A stretch of DNA of 64,000 nucleotides from an uncultured Actinomycetes bacterium (GTDB lineage: Bacteria; Actinomycetota; Thermoleophilia; Gaiellales; Gaiellaceae). The notes under the pieces were generated by a model that made no database searches, had not been told where the DNA came from, and saw only the letters and a program-made list of their open reading frames with translations. This document shows, piece after piece, positions 32,984 to 43,870 of the stretch. Made by a program: the position numbers and the translations under genes. How positions within the stretch are numbered: position 1 is the first letter of the stretch; each line of letters starts with the position of its first letter. The stretch is from contig CAVRXC010000009.1 in NCBI GenBank assembly GCA_963724995.1, positions 1,277 through 65,276 on the forward strand, given 5' to 3'.

Positions 32984-35900
32984 CACGTCAGCGCCTTGGC
33001 TCCGGCGTCGTCGACGGCGAGGAGCGCGCGAATGTTGCCCTTGACCCGAAAGAGTCGCCGAGCCTCGTCGAGCGCCGCTCGGGCCCCCTCCTCGTTGTCC
33101 GACAACTCCAGCACTCTCGCCCGATCGAGCTCCAGCCGCGCGCGGTCGCTGAGAGCGTCCGACTCGCTGAGAACCTCAATCGCTTCGGCGATCAGCTGGT
33201 TGGCCTGATCTGCATCTCCGCGGAGGGCGAGACGCTTCGCGGAGACAGAGCGGATCAGCGCCTGGACGAGCCGATCGTCTGCCGAGGCGCGGAGCGTCGC
33301 CTCCTGAACCAGCGACTCGGTGTCCGATGACGGGTCATCGACGCCGAGGTCGGCGAGTTGTACGAGAGCAGTAGAAAGGTAGGCCTGGTCTCCGACGCGA
33401 ATCAGCGCGTCACACCACTCCTCGAGGAGCGCGCGCGCGGCGTCATCGTCCCCTCGCAGGCGTAGCACCGAGAGCCGATTCGGCATCCAACTGGTCGTGA
33501 TGCGAAGTCGATCGTCGTACCGCGAGAGGAGATCGAAAGACTGGGCATGCAGCTCTGCTGCCACGTCGTGTTCGTTGTTCATTGCGTGAAGCACTGCAGC
33601 CGGGCTCGCGAGCGCTGCCCATGCATAACGCGGGTCGCGGAACTCGCGCATGAGGGTCCTGACGTCAGCCAGGGCATACGGCACCGGCTTCGGGCCGTGC
33701 ACGAGTGCCGTAACGATGGTGCTCACAGCCGTGAGCGGAACCCAGCCCGCCTTTCGCGCGTGCGCAGCGGCGTTGCGGGCTGCCAGCTCGAGGGCATCCA
33801 TCTGCTCGTCGTAGAGGCGAGTAGTGCCGAGGAACTGCCAGGCTCGCATGAGGCCGCGATCGTCTCCTGCTGCCTCGATGGTGGGCAGAAGCTCGACGAT
33901 GAGCTCGCCGAGAGACGCCATCGTGCGGCGGGTCTGAACCGCCGCCTCGTCCCAGGCGATCTCGATCCGTGCACGCGCAACGAATGCCGGCGCAGCGGCA
34001 TCGTTCGCCAGCCGGAGCGCCTCCGCGAACGCGGCTGCCGCAGCTGCTGGATCACCGACGCTTCGGAGTGAAGGCCCCAACTCCAACAGCACCGCTGCGC
34101 GACGCTCGCCGTCCGGCAGGATGTCTGAGGCACGCTGCAGGAGCGCGACGCCCGCCAGGTCGACAGCTTGCGTGGCGCGGATCCCGGCGCCCGCAAGCCG
34201 CTCTCCGGCTGTCTCCGCGAGCCGCGGCAAGTCAGGATCGTCTGGACGCAGCTCGGCCCGATATCCGTGCGCCTGCTCGAGGTGCCAGCCGACGAGCTCG
34301 TCGGAGCCCGGGCCGTCGCGGTCGAGCCAGGCCGCGGCGCGCTCGTGGAGCACGGCCCGCACCGCCTTCGGGAGCGAGGCATACGCGACGTCGCGCAGGA
34401 GCACGTGGTGGATGCTGTAGGCGTCGTCGGGGCCGTCCGCAGCCTCGGGGTGGAGGAGGCCGCGGCGCGTCAGCTCGAGCAGCGCAGCGTCGACGGGGGC
34501 GTCGGGCTCGGACAGCGCGACGACGATGCCGCGCGTCAGCTCCCGCCCGGCGACCGACGCACGCTGCAGCGTGTCGCGCACCTCGGGCGAGAGGCCGTCG
34601 ACCCTGCTCGAAAGCACCGCCTCGATGGTCGGTGGCACGGATTCGAGCGCAGGGTCGCCGCCCTCGTCCGAGATGAACGCGACCAGCTGCTCGAGATGGA
34701 GAGCGTTCCCCTCGGCGCGCTCGACGATGCGGCGGCGGACGGGCTCGTCCACCTCACCGAGGCTTTCGAGCAGAGCTCTGGCCTCTTCCTCCTCGAGCGC
34801 GCCGAGGCGCAGGAGAGCCACGCCCGACGATGCCCCCGCCCAGCCCGGCCGCGCGTCCAGGAGCTCCGGCCGCGCGAGGCAGACGAGGACCACGGGCGCG
34901 GCCAGGCGCTCGACGAGGTACTCGACCAGGTCGAGCAGCGCCGGCTCGGCCCAGTGCACGTCGTCGAGCACGACGACGAGCGGGTCTTGGCGCGCAAGTG
35001 ACTCGAGCAGCACTCGGACCGACCAGAACGCCTCGCCGCGCGGCACGGTCACCGATGGGTCGGCGAGCCCGGCGAGGTGCCGGGCCGCGAGACTCCCGTC
35101 CGCGCCGGCTGGCAGCAGCCGCGCGACCGCATCCTCCGTCAGACCGCCGGCCACGCTGTGCACGAGGTCGAGCACGGGCAGGAACGTGGCTCCCTCTCCG
35201 TAGGGCACGCAGCGGGCCGTCAGGACAGCACCGCGGACCAGCGACGCAGCGAGCTCCTCCGCCAGCCGCGTCTTCCCGATGCCCGCGTCGCCGAGCACGG
35301 TCAAGGCCACGCATCGACCCTCTGCCGTGGCGCGGCCGAGCGCATCGCGGAGCGCATCCAGCTCCGGCTCGCGGCCCACGAACGGCGTGTCGAGCCGCCG
35401 TGCGCGTCCGTGCGCGCCCTGCACGGCCTCCAGAGGGCGGGCGGGAAGCTTTCGCGAGCCGACCGTGAGCGGCTCGCCGGCCACGACGGCGTCTCGCGTG
35501 AGCGAATACGTCGCCTCCGCGGCGAGGACTGCGCCACGCGGTCGCCGCATCGCGCAGCGTTGCGGCGACGCCGACGACGTCGCCCACCACGGGCGCGTCC
35601 GCCGCACCGACGAGCGCCTCGCCCGTCGCGATGCCCACCCGTACGGCGTCGCCCTCCACGACGAGCGCCTCTCTGAGCTCGACCGCTGACCGCGCTGCTC
35701 GCAGCGCATCGTCCTCGTGTGCCCTGCGGCACGCCGAACACGGCCACCGCCTCCGCGCCGAGAAAGCGGTCGAGCGTCCCGCCGTGGCGGCCGACCACGT
35801 CACCGACGGCAGTCAGGAAGCGGTCGATGCGGGCGCGCAACGGCTCTGGGTCGATGCTCGGACACGTCGTCGAGCGCTGCTGCAAGGACGGTGATCGTCT

Positions 35901-36684
35901 TGCGCGTCGGCACTTCGCCCACCACGGGCCTGGCAGCGACCGGCCCCGCTTCGCTCGCGAGAAGGGTCGGGTCCTGCCGCAGGATGCGCCGCTCGAGCTC
36001 CTGCAGCGCCGGTGACGGGTCGATGCCGAGCCCGTCGACGAGCGCGCTGCGCGCGTCCTGGTAGGCCTCGAGCGCCTCCGCCTGGCGACCAGAGCGGTAG
36101 AGGGCAAGCATCAGCTGCCCGCGCAGCCGCTCGCGCAACGGGTTGGCGACGACGTGCGCCTCGATCTCGGCGACGAGGTCGGCGCCGCGACCGAGCTCGA
36201 GGTCGGCCGCGATCCGCTCCTCGGTCGCCGCCAGCCGCAGCTCGTCGAGCCGTGCCGCCTCGTTGCGCGCGAAGGGCTCGTCCGCGAGGTCCGCGAGCGC
36301 CGGGCCCCGCCACAGCGCGAGTGCTCCGGCAAGCGCCTCGGCGCGCTCGGGCGGCGACAGGCCCGCGGCGCGCTGCACCGCCCGTTCGAAACGGACGGCG
36401 TCGATGGTCTCGGGATCCACGACCAGCACGTATCCGGGTGACCGCGTGGCGACGACGTCCGGCCCGAGCGCCTTGCGCAGCTCCGAGACCGCGTTCTGCA
36501 GCGAGCCGACGGCGGTGCGCGGCGGATCCTCGCCCCAGATCGCCTCGACGAGCCGGTCCGTCGAGACCAACTCGCCAGGACGGAGCAAGAGGGCGGCGAG
36601 CAAGGCGCGCTCGCGGCGGCGTGGGATCGGCGTAACCCCGGCGCCGACGCGGACCTCGAGCGGGCCGAGGATCCGGAACTCCAC
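32983..36684 (-). CDS. SARP (wHTH-BTAD) + degenerate cyclase + AAA/STAND ATPase + TPR-like regulator, frameshifted
   Basis: VEFRILGPLEV, LMLALYRSGRQAEAL; FVGREPEL, GDAGIGKT, VVLDDVHW, EGNAL, HVLLRDVAY; helical C-terminal region. Confidence 0.85.
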
Positions 36685-36733
36685 CGAGCGTTTGTACCAG
36701 GGCCCACAGCCGGAATCCAGGCCGATCCACCCC

Positions 36734-36761
36734 GTGAGCGTGAGATGAGGCCCGTGTGAGC
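36734..36761 (+). promoter_or_regulatory. Three (G/A)TGAG repeats at 11-bp period (SARP-box-like)
   Basis: TGAG at 36735, 36746 and 36757 in the divergent intergenic region. Confidence 0.5.
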
Positions 36762-36810
36762 GGGGCGACCGACGCTGTGACCGTCCACCCATGTCGACGG
36801 AGGTGCCCAC

Positions 36811-37302
36811 ATGCCGCGCAGCCGATCCACCACGCCCGATGCCGAGGACGAGGAGACAGGGGAGGTCTCAGCCGAGGGGGTGGTGATCCGGCAGCGGCTC
36901 GTCGCGCCTGCACCAGGGCGCGCCAGCGGCACCTTCACTGCTGTGGGAGCCGTGTCGGCGCAGGGCACGGCGGTGACCGATGCGTTCGTCCCGTCGCGGC
37001 CGGGCGCGGCCGTGCCACCGACTCTGGTCGACGGAGCGGTGCGCCTCAGCGCACCCGCCGGCGAGATCGTGCTCACGATCAGAACGGTGCTCCGCCTCGT
37101 GCCCGACACGGGCGTGCTCACGGGTGGCGGTACGTGGAGCGTGACGCGCGCGGACGGTGACTACGACGGCCTACGCGCCGGCGGCAGCCTGACGCTCGTC
37201 GTCGTCTACGACGCAGCGGGCGCGGCGACGCTCGACCTCGTCCTCACCGGCCGCGTTCCGTCGACCTCACCCGGCGGTGAGCGGCGTGTGAGCCGGCCGT
37301 GA
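36811..37302 (+). CDS. Hypothetical beta-rich protein
   Basis: GGAGG RBS before the ATG; GTFTAVGA...GTWSVT...G.Y.GL..GG pattern; no family recognised. Confidence 0.5.
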   Translation: MPRSRSTTPDAEDEETGEVSAEGVVIRQRLVAPAPGRASGTFTAVGAVSAQGTAVTDAFVPSRPGAAVPPTLVDGAVRLSAPAGEIVLTIRTVLRLVPDTGVLTGGGTWSVTRADGDYDGLRAGGSLTLVVVYDAAGAATLDLVLTGRVPSTSPGGERRVSRP

Positions 37303-37304
37303 GC
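37277..37304 (+). promoter_or_regulatory. Three GTGAGC repeats at 11-bp period (SARP-box-like)
   Basis: GTGAGC at 37277, 37288 and 37299 upstream of the gene at 37370. Confidence 0.55.
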
Positions 37305-37369
37305 GCGTGCGGCCACGGTGCACGAGCCGAACTGGCTCGCGGTCCCAGCACAACCCCAAGGAGGCAGTC

Positions 37370-38317
37370 ATGAGCATCAGATTCAGTCGGCTTCTCGCAG
37401 TTGCGGCGCTTGCAGTGGCGGTTGCCGCTCTGGCCGCAGGCAGCGCGCTGGCCGAGCAGAGCTATCCGGATCCCAGCGGCGACGCCGGGTCCGGAAGCGA
37501 CATCACCGGCGTGACGATCCGCAACGACCAGGCCGGCGCGATCTCCATCCAGGTCGCGACCGTCAACCCGATCGTCCTCAATCACGCGCTCCTCGTGTTC
37601 ATCGACGCCGACAAGAACCAGTCGACGGGCGGCGAGGGCGACGAGTACTGGATGTACGGCGGGCCCATGACCGGTGTCGGGTTCTTCTCCTGGAACGGCT
37701 CGGGATTCGCCGAGTCGAGCCCGGCGAGCTTCAGCGTGAGAGCTGCCGGCACCAATGTGACGGAGTTCCGCATCAACCGAGCCGATATCGGCAACGTCAC
37801 GAGCTTCAACATCGCCGTGCTCAGCGTCAGCGTGGACGAAAGCGGCGGCGAGCTCGTCTTCAAGGGCTGGGACCAGGCCGGTTACTTCACGTACGACCTG
37901 TCCTTCCCGCAGTGCTCGAACACGAAGGACGACGACGGCGACGGGAAGATCGACAGCCAGGATCTCGGCTGCTCCTCGGCGACCGACGAGGACGAGTCCG
38001 ACGATCCCGTGAACATCCGGATCGGCAAGGCGAAGACGGTGCCGGCGCGGCCCAAGGCAGGCCGCATGGCCGTCGTCTCCGCCCCGACCACGCGGGTCGA
38101 GACAGGACAGCCGCTGGACAGCGCCACGGTGAAGTGCACCGGTCGCATCGTCAACGGCAAGGCGCTCAAGGGAACGGGCTCGCTCGTTTCCGGCCGCGCG
38201 ACCTGCAAGTACAAGCTGCCCGCAAACGCGAAGAAGAAGTCCGTCCGCGGGCAGATCGCGGTGAGTTACGAGACGGCGACCGCGAAGACCTCGTTCACCT
38301 TCAAGACGGCGGCGTAG
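37370..38317 (+). CDS. Secreted protein with acidic Ca-binding-like motif and basic C-terminal Ig-like domain
   Basis: AAGGAGG RBS; signal peptide ending ALA; CSNTKDDDGDGKIDSQDLGC; C-terminal VKCTG...TCKYKLP. Confidence 0.7.
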   Translation: MSIRFSRLLAVAALAVAVAALAAGSALAEQSYPDPSGDAGSGSDITGVTIRNDQAGAISIQVATVNPIVLNHALLVFIDADKNQSTGGEGDEYWMYGGPMTGVGFFSWNGSGFAESSPASFSVRAAGTNVTEFRINRADIGNVTSFNIAVLSVSVDESGGELVFKGWDQAGYFTYDLSFPQCSNTKDDDGDGKIDSQDLGCSSATDEDESDDPVNIRIGKAKTVPARPKAGRMAVVSAPTTRVETGQPLDSATVKCTGRIVNGKALKGTGSLVSGRATCKYKLPANAKKKSVRGQIAVSYETATAKTSFTFKTAA

Positions 38318-38324
38318 GGGAAGC

Positions 38325-39434
38325 ATGCGGCGGGCCCCTTCATCCACCTTTCCGGGGCCCGCCGCGCGCCGTCGGCGGGTCGGCCGGGGGCTTGCGGTCT
38401 CGCTTGCCGCAGCGCTCGGCGTGGCTGCGGCTGCCGCCGCCGGCATGGGTGCGGCCGGGGCACCGTCCGGCCCGCACGAGCGCTTCGTGCGCCTGGTCGA
38501 GCCGTCGGGCCCCGCGCCGGTGCGTGCCGCAAGGGCCCGCACGACGCTGGGCTGGCGCGGCGGTCTCGTGACGACGAGCACGGGGGAGCGGGTGAACGTG
38601 CTCGTGTCGAATCGCTACACGCCCGAACAGCACACGCCCGAGGCATGGGCCGAGTTCCTCTCGTCGAGCCCTCACGGCCCAGAGCTGGCGGCCCTGACCG
38701 CGCACATCGCACCGCTCGACGAGCTGGCAGAGATCTGCGGACCACAGGCGCTCGGGTGCTACGGAAGTCAGCAGCTCTTCGCGGCCGGCGACACCGTCGC
38801 CGGCGTCACGCCACAGGAGATCGTCCGGCACGAGCTCGGCCATCACATCGCCGCGAACCGGCTCAACCCACCGTGGCGGGCTATCGACTGGGGGCCGAAG
38901 GCGTGGGCCACCGACCAGGGGATCTGCACGCGGGCCGCCAACGGCACGGCGTATCCAGGCGACGAGGGCGACCACTACTCGTTGAACCCCGGCGAGGCGT
39001 GGGCCGAGTCGTACCGGGTGTTCGCGGAGCAGCGGGCGGGTTCCCCAACCTCGCCGTGGCAGATCGTCGATTCGAGCTTCCAGCCCGATGCCGAGGCGCT
39101 CGCCACAGTGGAGCGGGACGTGCTCCGTCCGTGGCAGGCACCGACCGTCGTCGCGCGCGCGCGCCGTTTCACTGCATCGACGAGCATCTGGTCGATTCCG
39201 ATCACCACCGCCGCCGACGGCGACATCGCAATCACGGTCTCGCTGCCGAAGGGCGGCTACCACCGGGTCGTGCTGCTCGGCGAAGACCGAAAGACGCTCG
39301 TCGCTCGTGGCCTGTGGTCGGGGACGAGGACGCAGCGCATCACGGCGACGATCTGCGGCAGGCGCTCGCTCGTGCTTCGGATCACTCGTCGTGGCTCGAT
39401 CGGTCGTGTCGTCGTCGCCGTGACGAAGCCCTGA
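38325..39434 (+). CDS. Secreted zinc metallopeptidase-like protein
   Basis: Arg-rich then hydrophobic N-terminus; HELGH (HExxH) and a downstream EAWAE. Confidence 0.65.
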   Translation: MRRAPSSTFPGPAARRRRVGRGLAVSLAAALGVAAAAAAGMGAAGAPSGPHERFVRLVEPSGPAPVRAARARTTLGWRGGLVTTSTGERVNVLVSNRYTPEQHTPEAWAEFLSSSPHGPELAALTAHIAPLDELAEICGPQALGCYGSQQLFAAGDTVAGVTPQEIVRHELGHHIAANRLNPPWRAIDWGPKAWATDQGICTRAANGTAYPGDEGDHYSLNPGEAWAESYRVFAEQRAGSPTSPWQIVDSSFQPDAEALATVERDVLRPWQAPTVVARARRFTASTSIWSIPITTAADGDIAITVSLPKGGYHRVVLLGEDRKTLVARGLWSGTRTQRITATICGRRSLVLRITRRGSIGRVVVAVTKP

Positions 39435-39529
39435 CCATGTCGGATCGAACATCACGCGGCGGGATGACAACGACCTCGACGCTGTATAGGGTCGCGCCCG
39501 ACCGTCCAGGCCAACAGATCGGAGGGGTC

Positions 39530-40009
39530 GTGTCCAGACAGATCAAGCGGCCGAGCGCGGCGATGGGTGTCGCCATGCTCGCGCTCTTCGTGGCGTTGAG
39601 CGGGATCGCCACCGCTGCGGCCGTCGTCCCGCTCGCCAAGCGGGCCCTCGTCGCGGACAACGCCAAGAAGCTCGGTGGCAGGACACCGGCGCAGCTGAGT
39701 GCAACGTCGGTGGCGGCGGCCAAAGCCGCCGCGCAGGCGGCCGCGGCACTGCCCGGCCCTGCCAGCACCGCGGCCGGTCTCGTGGTCGTCAAGAACCTGT
39801 CCGGCGGCCAGCTCGCTGCCGACGCCGGCAGGGACTTCAGTGTCGCGTGCGACGCAGGGCAGAAGATCATGGGCGGCGGCTTCACCTCCGACGGGAGCGT
39901 GTTCAACCTCGACTCGTACCCGCAGAGCGACACGACGTGGGTGATGTTCCTCGCGAACGCAGGCACGGCGCCCGCGAACGTGACCTTGTACGCCACCTGT
40001 CTCAAGTAG
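39530..40009 (+). CDS. Secreted hypothetical protein
   Basis: GGAGG RBS; KRPSAAMGVAMLALFVALSG signal peptide; C-terminal C...GGG...YATC domain. Confidence 0.65.
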   Translation: MSRQIKRPSAAMGVAMLALFVALSGIATAAAVVPLAKRALVADNAKKLGGRTPAQLSATSVAAAKAAAQAAAALPGPASTAAGLVVVKNLSGGQLAADAGRDFSVACDAGQKIMGGGFTSDGSVFNLDSYPQSDTTWVMFLANAGTAPANVTLYATCLK

Positions 40010-40086
40010 AGACCGCCCCCGCCGGTGCCGCTGACGTCGGCGGCACCGGCGCGTCCGGCCCACGCGATCCGATAGCGTCAAGGTCG

Positions 40087-41763
40087 ATGCACGACGTGCT
40101 CGTCGTCGGTGCCGGCCTCGCCGGCATGCGCGCCGCGATCGAGGCCCACGACCTGGGGCGGACGTCGCCATCATCTCGAAGCTGCACCCGACCCGCAGCC
40201 ACTCCGGCGCGGCCGAAGGCGGCATCAACGCGGCGCTCGGGAACGCCTCCGAGGACGATCCGGTCAAGCACGCCTTCGACACGGTCAAGGGCTCCGACTA
40301 CCTCGGTGACCAGGACGCGATCGAGATCCTCTGCAACGAGGCGCCGGACGACGTCTACCAGCTGGAGAACTGGGGAGCCGTCTTCTCGCGCACCGAGGAC
40401 GGTCGCATCGCGCAGCGTCCGTTCGGCGCCGCCGGCGAGCCGCGCACGGCCTACGCCGCGGACATCACAGGCCACGTGCTCATCCACGTGCTCTACGAGC
40501 AGGTGCTGAAGCGCGACCTGCAGGTCTACGAGGAGTACTTCGCCTGGACGCTGGTGGTCGACGACGACCGCTGCCAGGGCGTCATCTGCTGGGACCTCAT
40601 GGGCGGCGGGCTGAAAGCGATTGGTGCGAAGACGGTGATTCTCGCCACGGGCGGCGCGGGCCGGCTGTACGTCGGGACAACGAACGCGTGGTCGTGCACC
40701 GGCGACGGAATGTCGATGGCACTGGGCGCCGGGGTTGCGCTCAAGGACATGGAGATGATGCAGTTCCACCCGACCACGCTTTCGCCGACCGGTGTGCTGA
40801 TCACCGAGGGCTGCCGCGGGGAAGGTGCCTACCTGCTCAACTCGGAGAACGAGCGCTTCCTCTCGCGCTATGCACCGAACGCGATGGAGCTCGCCAGCCG
40901 GGACGTCATCTCACGCGCCGAGCAGACGGAGATCGACGAGGGACGGGGCATCGACGGCAATGTGCTGCTCGACCTGCGCCATCTCGGCGCCGAGAAGATC
41001 CTCGACCGGCTGCACGGGACGCGCGAGTTGTCGATGGTGTTCGCCGGTGTCGACCCGATCCACGAGCCGATTCCCGTGCGCCCCGGCTCCCACTACCACA
41101 TGGGGGGCGTCGACACCGACGTCTGGGGCCGCACCGCGCTCGAGGGCCTGTACGCCGCCGGAGAGGTCGCCTGCGTGTCCGTGCACGGGGCGAACCGGCT
41201 CGGTGGCAACGCGCTGATGGAGACCATCACCTACGGCAAGCGCGCAGGCGCGCACGCCGCCGACTGGGCCATGTCGCACACGACCGTCACCGTGCCCCCG
41301 TCCACGGTCGCCGACGCGGAGCGCAAGCTCAAGCAGCTGCTCGACAGGACCGACGGTGAGCGCCCGTGGCGCATTCGCGACGAGCTGGCCGAGACGATGC
41401 ACCAGAACTTCGGCGTCTTTCGTCGCGAGGAGCAGATGCGGCGGCAGGTCGAGATCGTGGACGGCCTGAGAGAGCGCTATGAGCGCATCGTCGTCGAGGA
41501 CAAGGGCCAGGTGTTCAACAGCGACCTCACGCAGGCGCTCGAGCTCGGCTTCCTGCTCGACCTCGCGGATTGCATGCTCGTCGCCGGTATCGCCCGCAAG
41601 GAGAGTCGCGGTGCGCATGCGCGCCCCGCACGACTATCCGGACCGAGACGACGAGAACTTCCTCAGGCACACCATCGTCCCGGTGCGAGCCGACGGCCGG
41701 CCGGTGCTGTACTGGAAGCCGGTCACGATGACCAAATGGCAACCCCAGGAAAGGACGTATTAG
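40087..41763 (+). CDS. sdhA: Succinate dehydrogenase/fumarate reductase flavoprotein subunit, frameshifted
   Basis: VVGAGLAG, RSHSGAAEGG, QFHPT, EGCRGEG, HYHMGG, HGANRLGGN, RKESRGAH. Confidence 0.93.
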
Positions 41764-41767
41764 TCCT

Positions 41768-42896
41768 GTGACAGCGGTCCACACGGACTTCACCCCCGCG
41801 CACTGGGGCCCGACCATGCCTGTCGCACTGAAGATCTGGCGCTTCGACAGCGCCAGCGGAGAGCGAAAGCTCGAGCGGTACGACGTCGAGGCGCCGGAGT
41901 GGGCGACCTTGCTCGACATGCTCGACACGTCAAGGACCGGTTCGACGGGTCGCTCGCGTACCGCAAGAGCTGCCGCATGATGATCTGCGGCTCCTGCGGG
42001 ATGCGCATGGACGGCGGCGCCGTGCTGGCCTGCAAGACGCGCATGTACGAGATCTCGAAGTCGGGTCATGTGCCCGTGATCTCGGCGATGGGGAACCTGC
42101 CGATCGTCAAGGACCTCGTGGTCGACATGGCGCCGTTCTGGAGCAAGATCCGCGCCGTCCAGCCGTACCTCCGGCCGGGGTACGACACGGCGACGGAGAA
42201 GGAGAACGTCGTCTCCCAGGAGCGCATGGACGTGATCCGCAAGGAGTCGCTGTGCATCATGTGCGGCTGCTGCGTCTCCGAGTGCAACTCGATGGAGTCC
42301 GACCCCGACTTCCTCGGCCCGGCGGCACTTGCGAAGGGCATGCGCTTCGTCGGCGATGCGCGCGATGCGGCCACGGTCGAGCGGCTGGACGACTACTCCG
42401 AGGAGCACGGCATCTGGGACTGCACGCGCTGCTACTTCTGCAACGAGCGCTGCCCAAGGGAGTCGACCCGCGCGACGCGATCGCAAAGCTCGGCGCCGAG
42501 GCGATGAAGCACGGCATCGACCAGGACATGGGCGCTCGCCACGCGAAGTGGTTCGTCACGTCGGCCAAGACGACCGGTTGGCTGCGAGAGACGGAGCTGG
42601 TGCCCAAGACCCAGGGTGTCGTCAAGGCGATCAAGGAGATCAAGTTCGCCATGTCGCTCCTGCCCAAGGGCAAGGTGCCGCCGCCGATCCCGCCCCACGT
42701 CGCGGCGGATATCGATGAGTCCCGCGCGCTCTACGACCTGGTCAAGAAGCAGGGGCGCGACGGCGCGCTCGGCATCGTCCAGGGTGAGAAGGCGCTGTCG
42801 CGCATCGAGCATCACCAGACGGAGCGAGGCGCCGACGGGGAAGCGGTGCCAGGCACCGCTGACGCGGAGCCAGGCACCGACGGAGCGGGCGCGTGA
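41768..42896 (+). CDS. sdhB: Succinate dehydrogenase/fumarate reductase Fe-S subunit with C-terminal extension, frameshifted
   Basis: SCRMMICGSCG, CIMCGCCVSEC, CTRCYFCNERCP. Confidence 0.9.
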
Positions 42897-43774
42897 AGAA
42901 GGTCGCCTACTACAAGGGCTGTCTCGCCTCTCTCTCCGCGAAGGAGCTCGACACATCGACGCGCGCGCTGGCCCCGAAGGTCGGCTACGAGCTCGTCGAG
43001 CTGGACTCGGTCACGTGCTGCGGCGCCGGCGACATCCACGAGGCGGAGCCCGACTACTACCTGCACCTGAACGCGCGGATCCTCGCCTACGCGGAGGAGA
43101 CGGGCTGCGACACGCTGATGACCGTCTGCAACGTCTGCACCCTGAACCTCCGGCAGGCGAACTACCAGCTCCAGATCGACCAGGGGCTGCGCGAGCGTGT
43201 CAACGAGAACCTCGCCACGGTCGGCGCGCCACGCTACGAGGGCACGGTCGACGTGCTGCACTTCCTCTGGCTCGTCGCGGGTGAGAGCTACGAGACGCTC
43301 AAGCAGGTCGCCCACAAGGGCCTCAGAGGGCTCAAGATCGCGCCGTTCTACGGCTGCCAGATCCTGCGCCCGTCGAAGCTCCTCGGCTTCGAGGATCCCG
43401 ACAAGCCGGACTCGCTGGAGCGGATCATCGCCGCCTGCGGCGGCGAGGCGGTGGACTATCCGGCCAAGATCAAGTGCTGCGGGTTCCCGATCATCCAGGC
43501 TCGCGAGGACACGGCGCTCGCGGAGCTGATCCAGCCGATCGAACAGGCCATGGAGGCCGGCGCGGACGCGATGGTCACGCCATGTCCGCTCTGCCATCTC
43601 TCGCTGGACGCCTGGCAGTCGAAGCTCCGCAAGCAGACCGGTCGCGAGTTCAACATGCCGATCTTCCACCTCTCGCAGTTGATCGGCGTCGCCGCAGGCC
43701 TGACCGACTCCGAGCTGAAGTTCCGCCGGCACGTGGTCTCCATGGAGCCGGTGATCGAGAAGCTGCGCGTCTGA
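42893..43774 (+). CDS. CCG-domain (HdrB/SdhE-like) subunit
   Basis: YYKGC, TCCG, CNVC, FYGC, KCCG, CPLC: two CCG motifs; GTGA overlap with sdhB. Confidence 0.88.
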   Translation: MKKVAYYKGCLASLSAKELDTSTRALAPKVGYELVELDSVTCCGAGDIHEAEPDYYLHLNARILAYAEETGCDTLMTVCNVCTLNLRQANYQLQIDQGLRERVNENLATVGAPRYEGTVDVLHFLWLVAGESYETLKQVAHKGLRGLKIAPFYGCQILRPSKLLGFEDPDKPDSLERIIAACGGEAVDYPAKIKCCGFPIIQAREDTALAELIQPIEQAMEAGADAMVTPCPLCHLSLDAWQSKLRKQTGREFNMPIFHLSQLIGVAAGLTDSELKFRRHVVSMEPVIEKLRV

Positions 43775-43870
43775 GCCGGCGGGCCTCGATGGCCCGCGGC
43801 TCAGACGGTGCCTGACTCGTAGCTGGCCGGATATGTCCGGCCCCGGCCTCCGCGCCAGTAGCGTTCCGAC

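Noticed and set aside
42893-43774. Heterodisulfide reductase of methanogen type
   Set aside because: No hdrA or hdrC; the gene is translationally coupled to sdhB, consistent with a CCG anchor subunit
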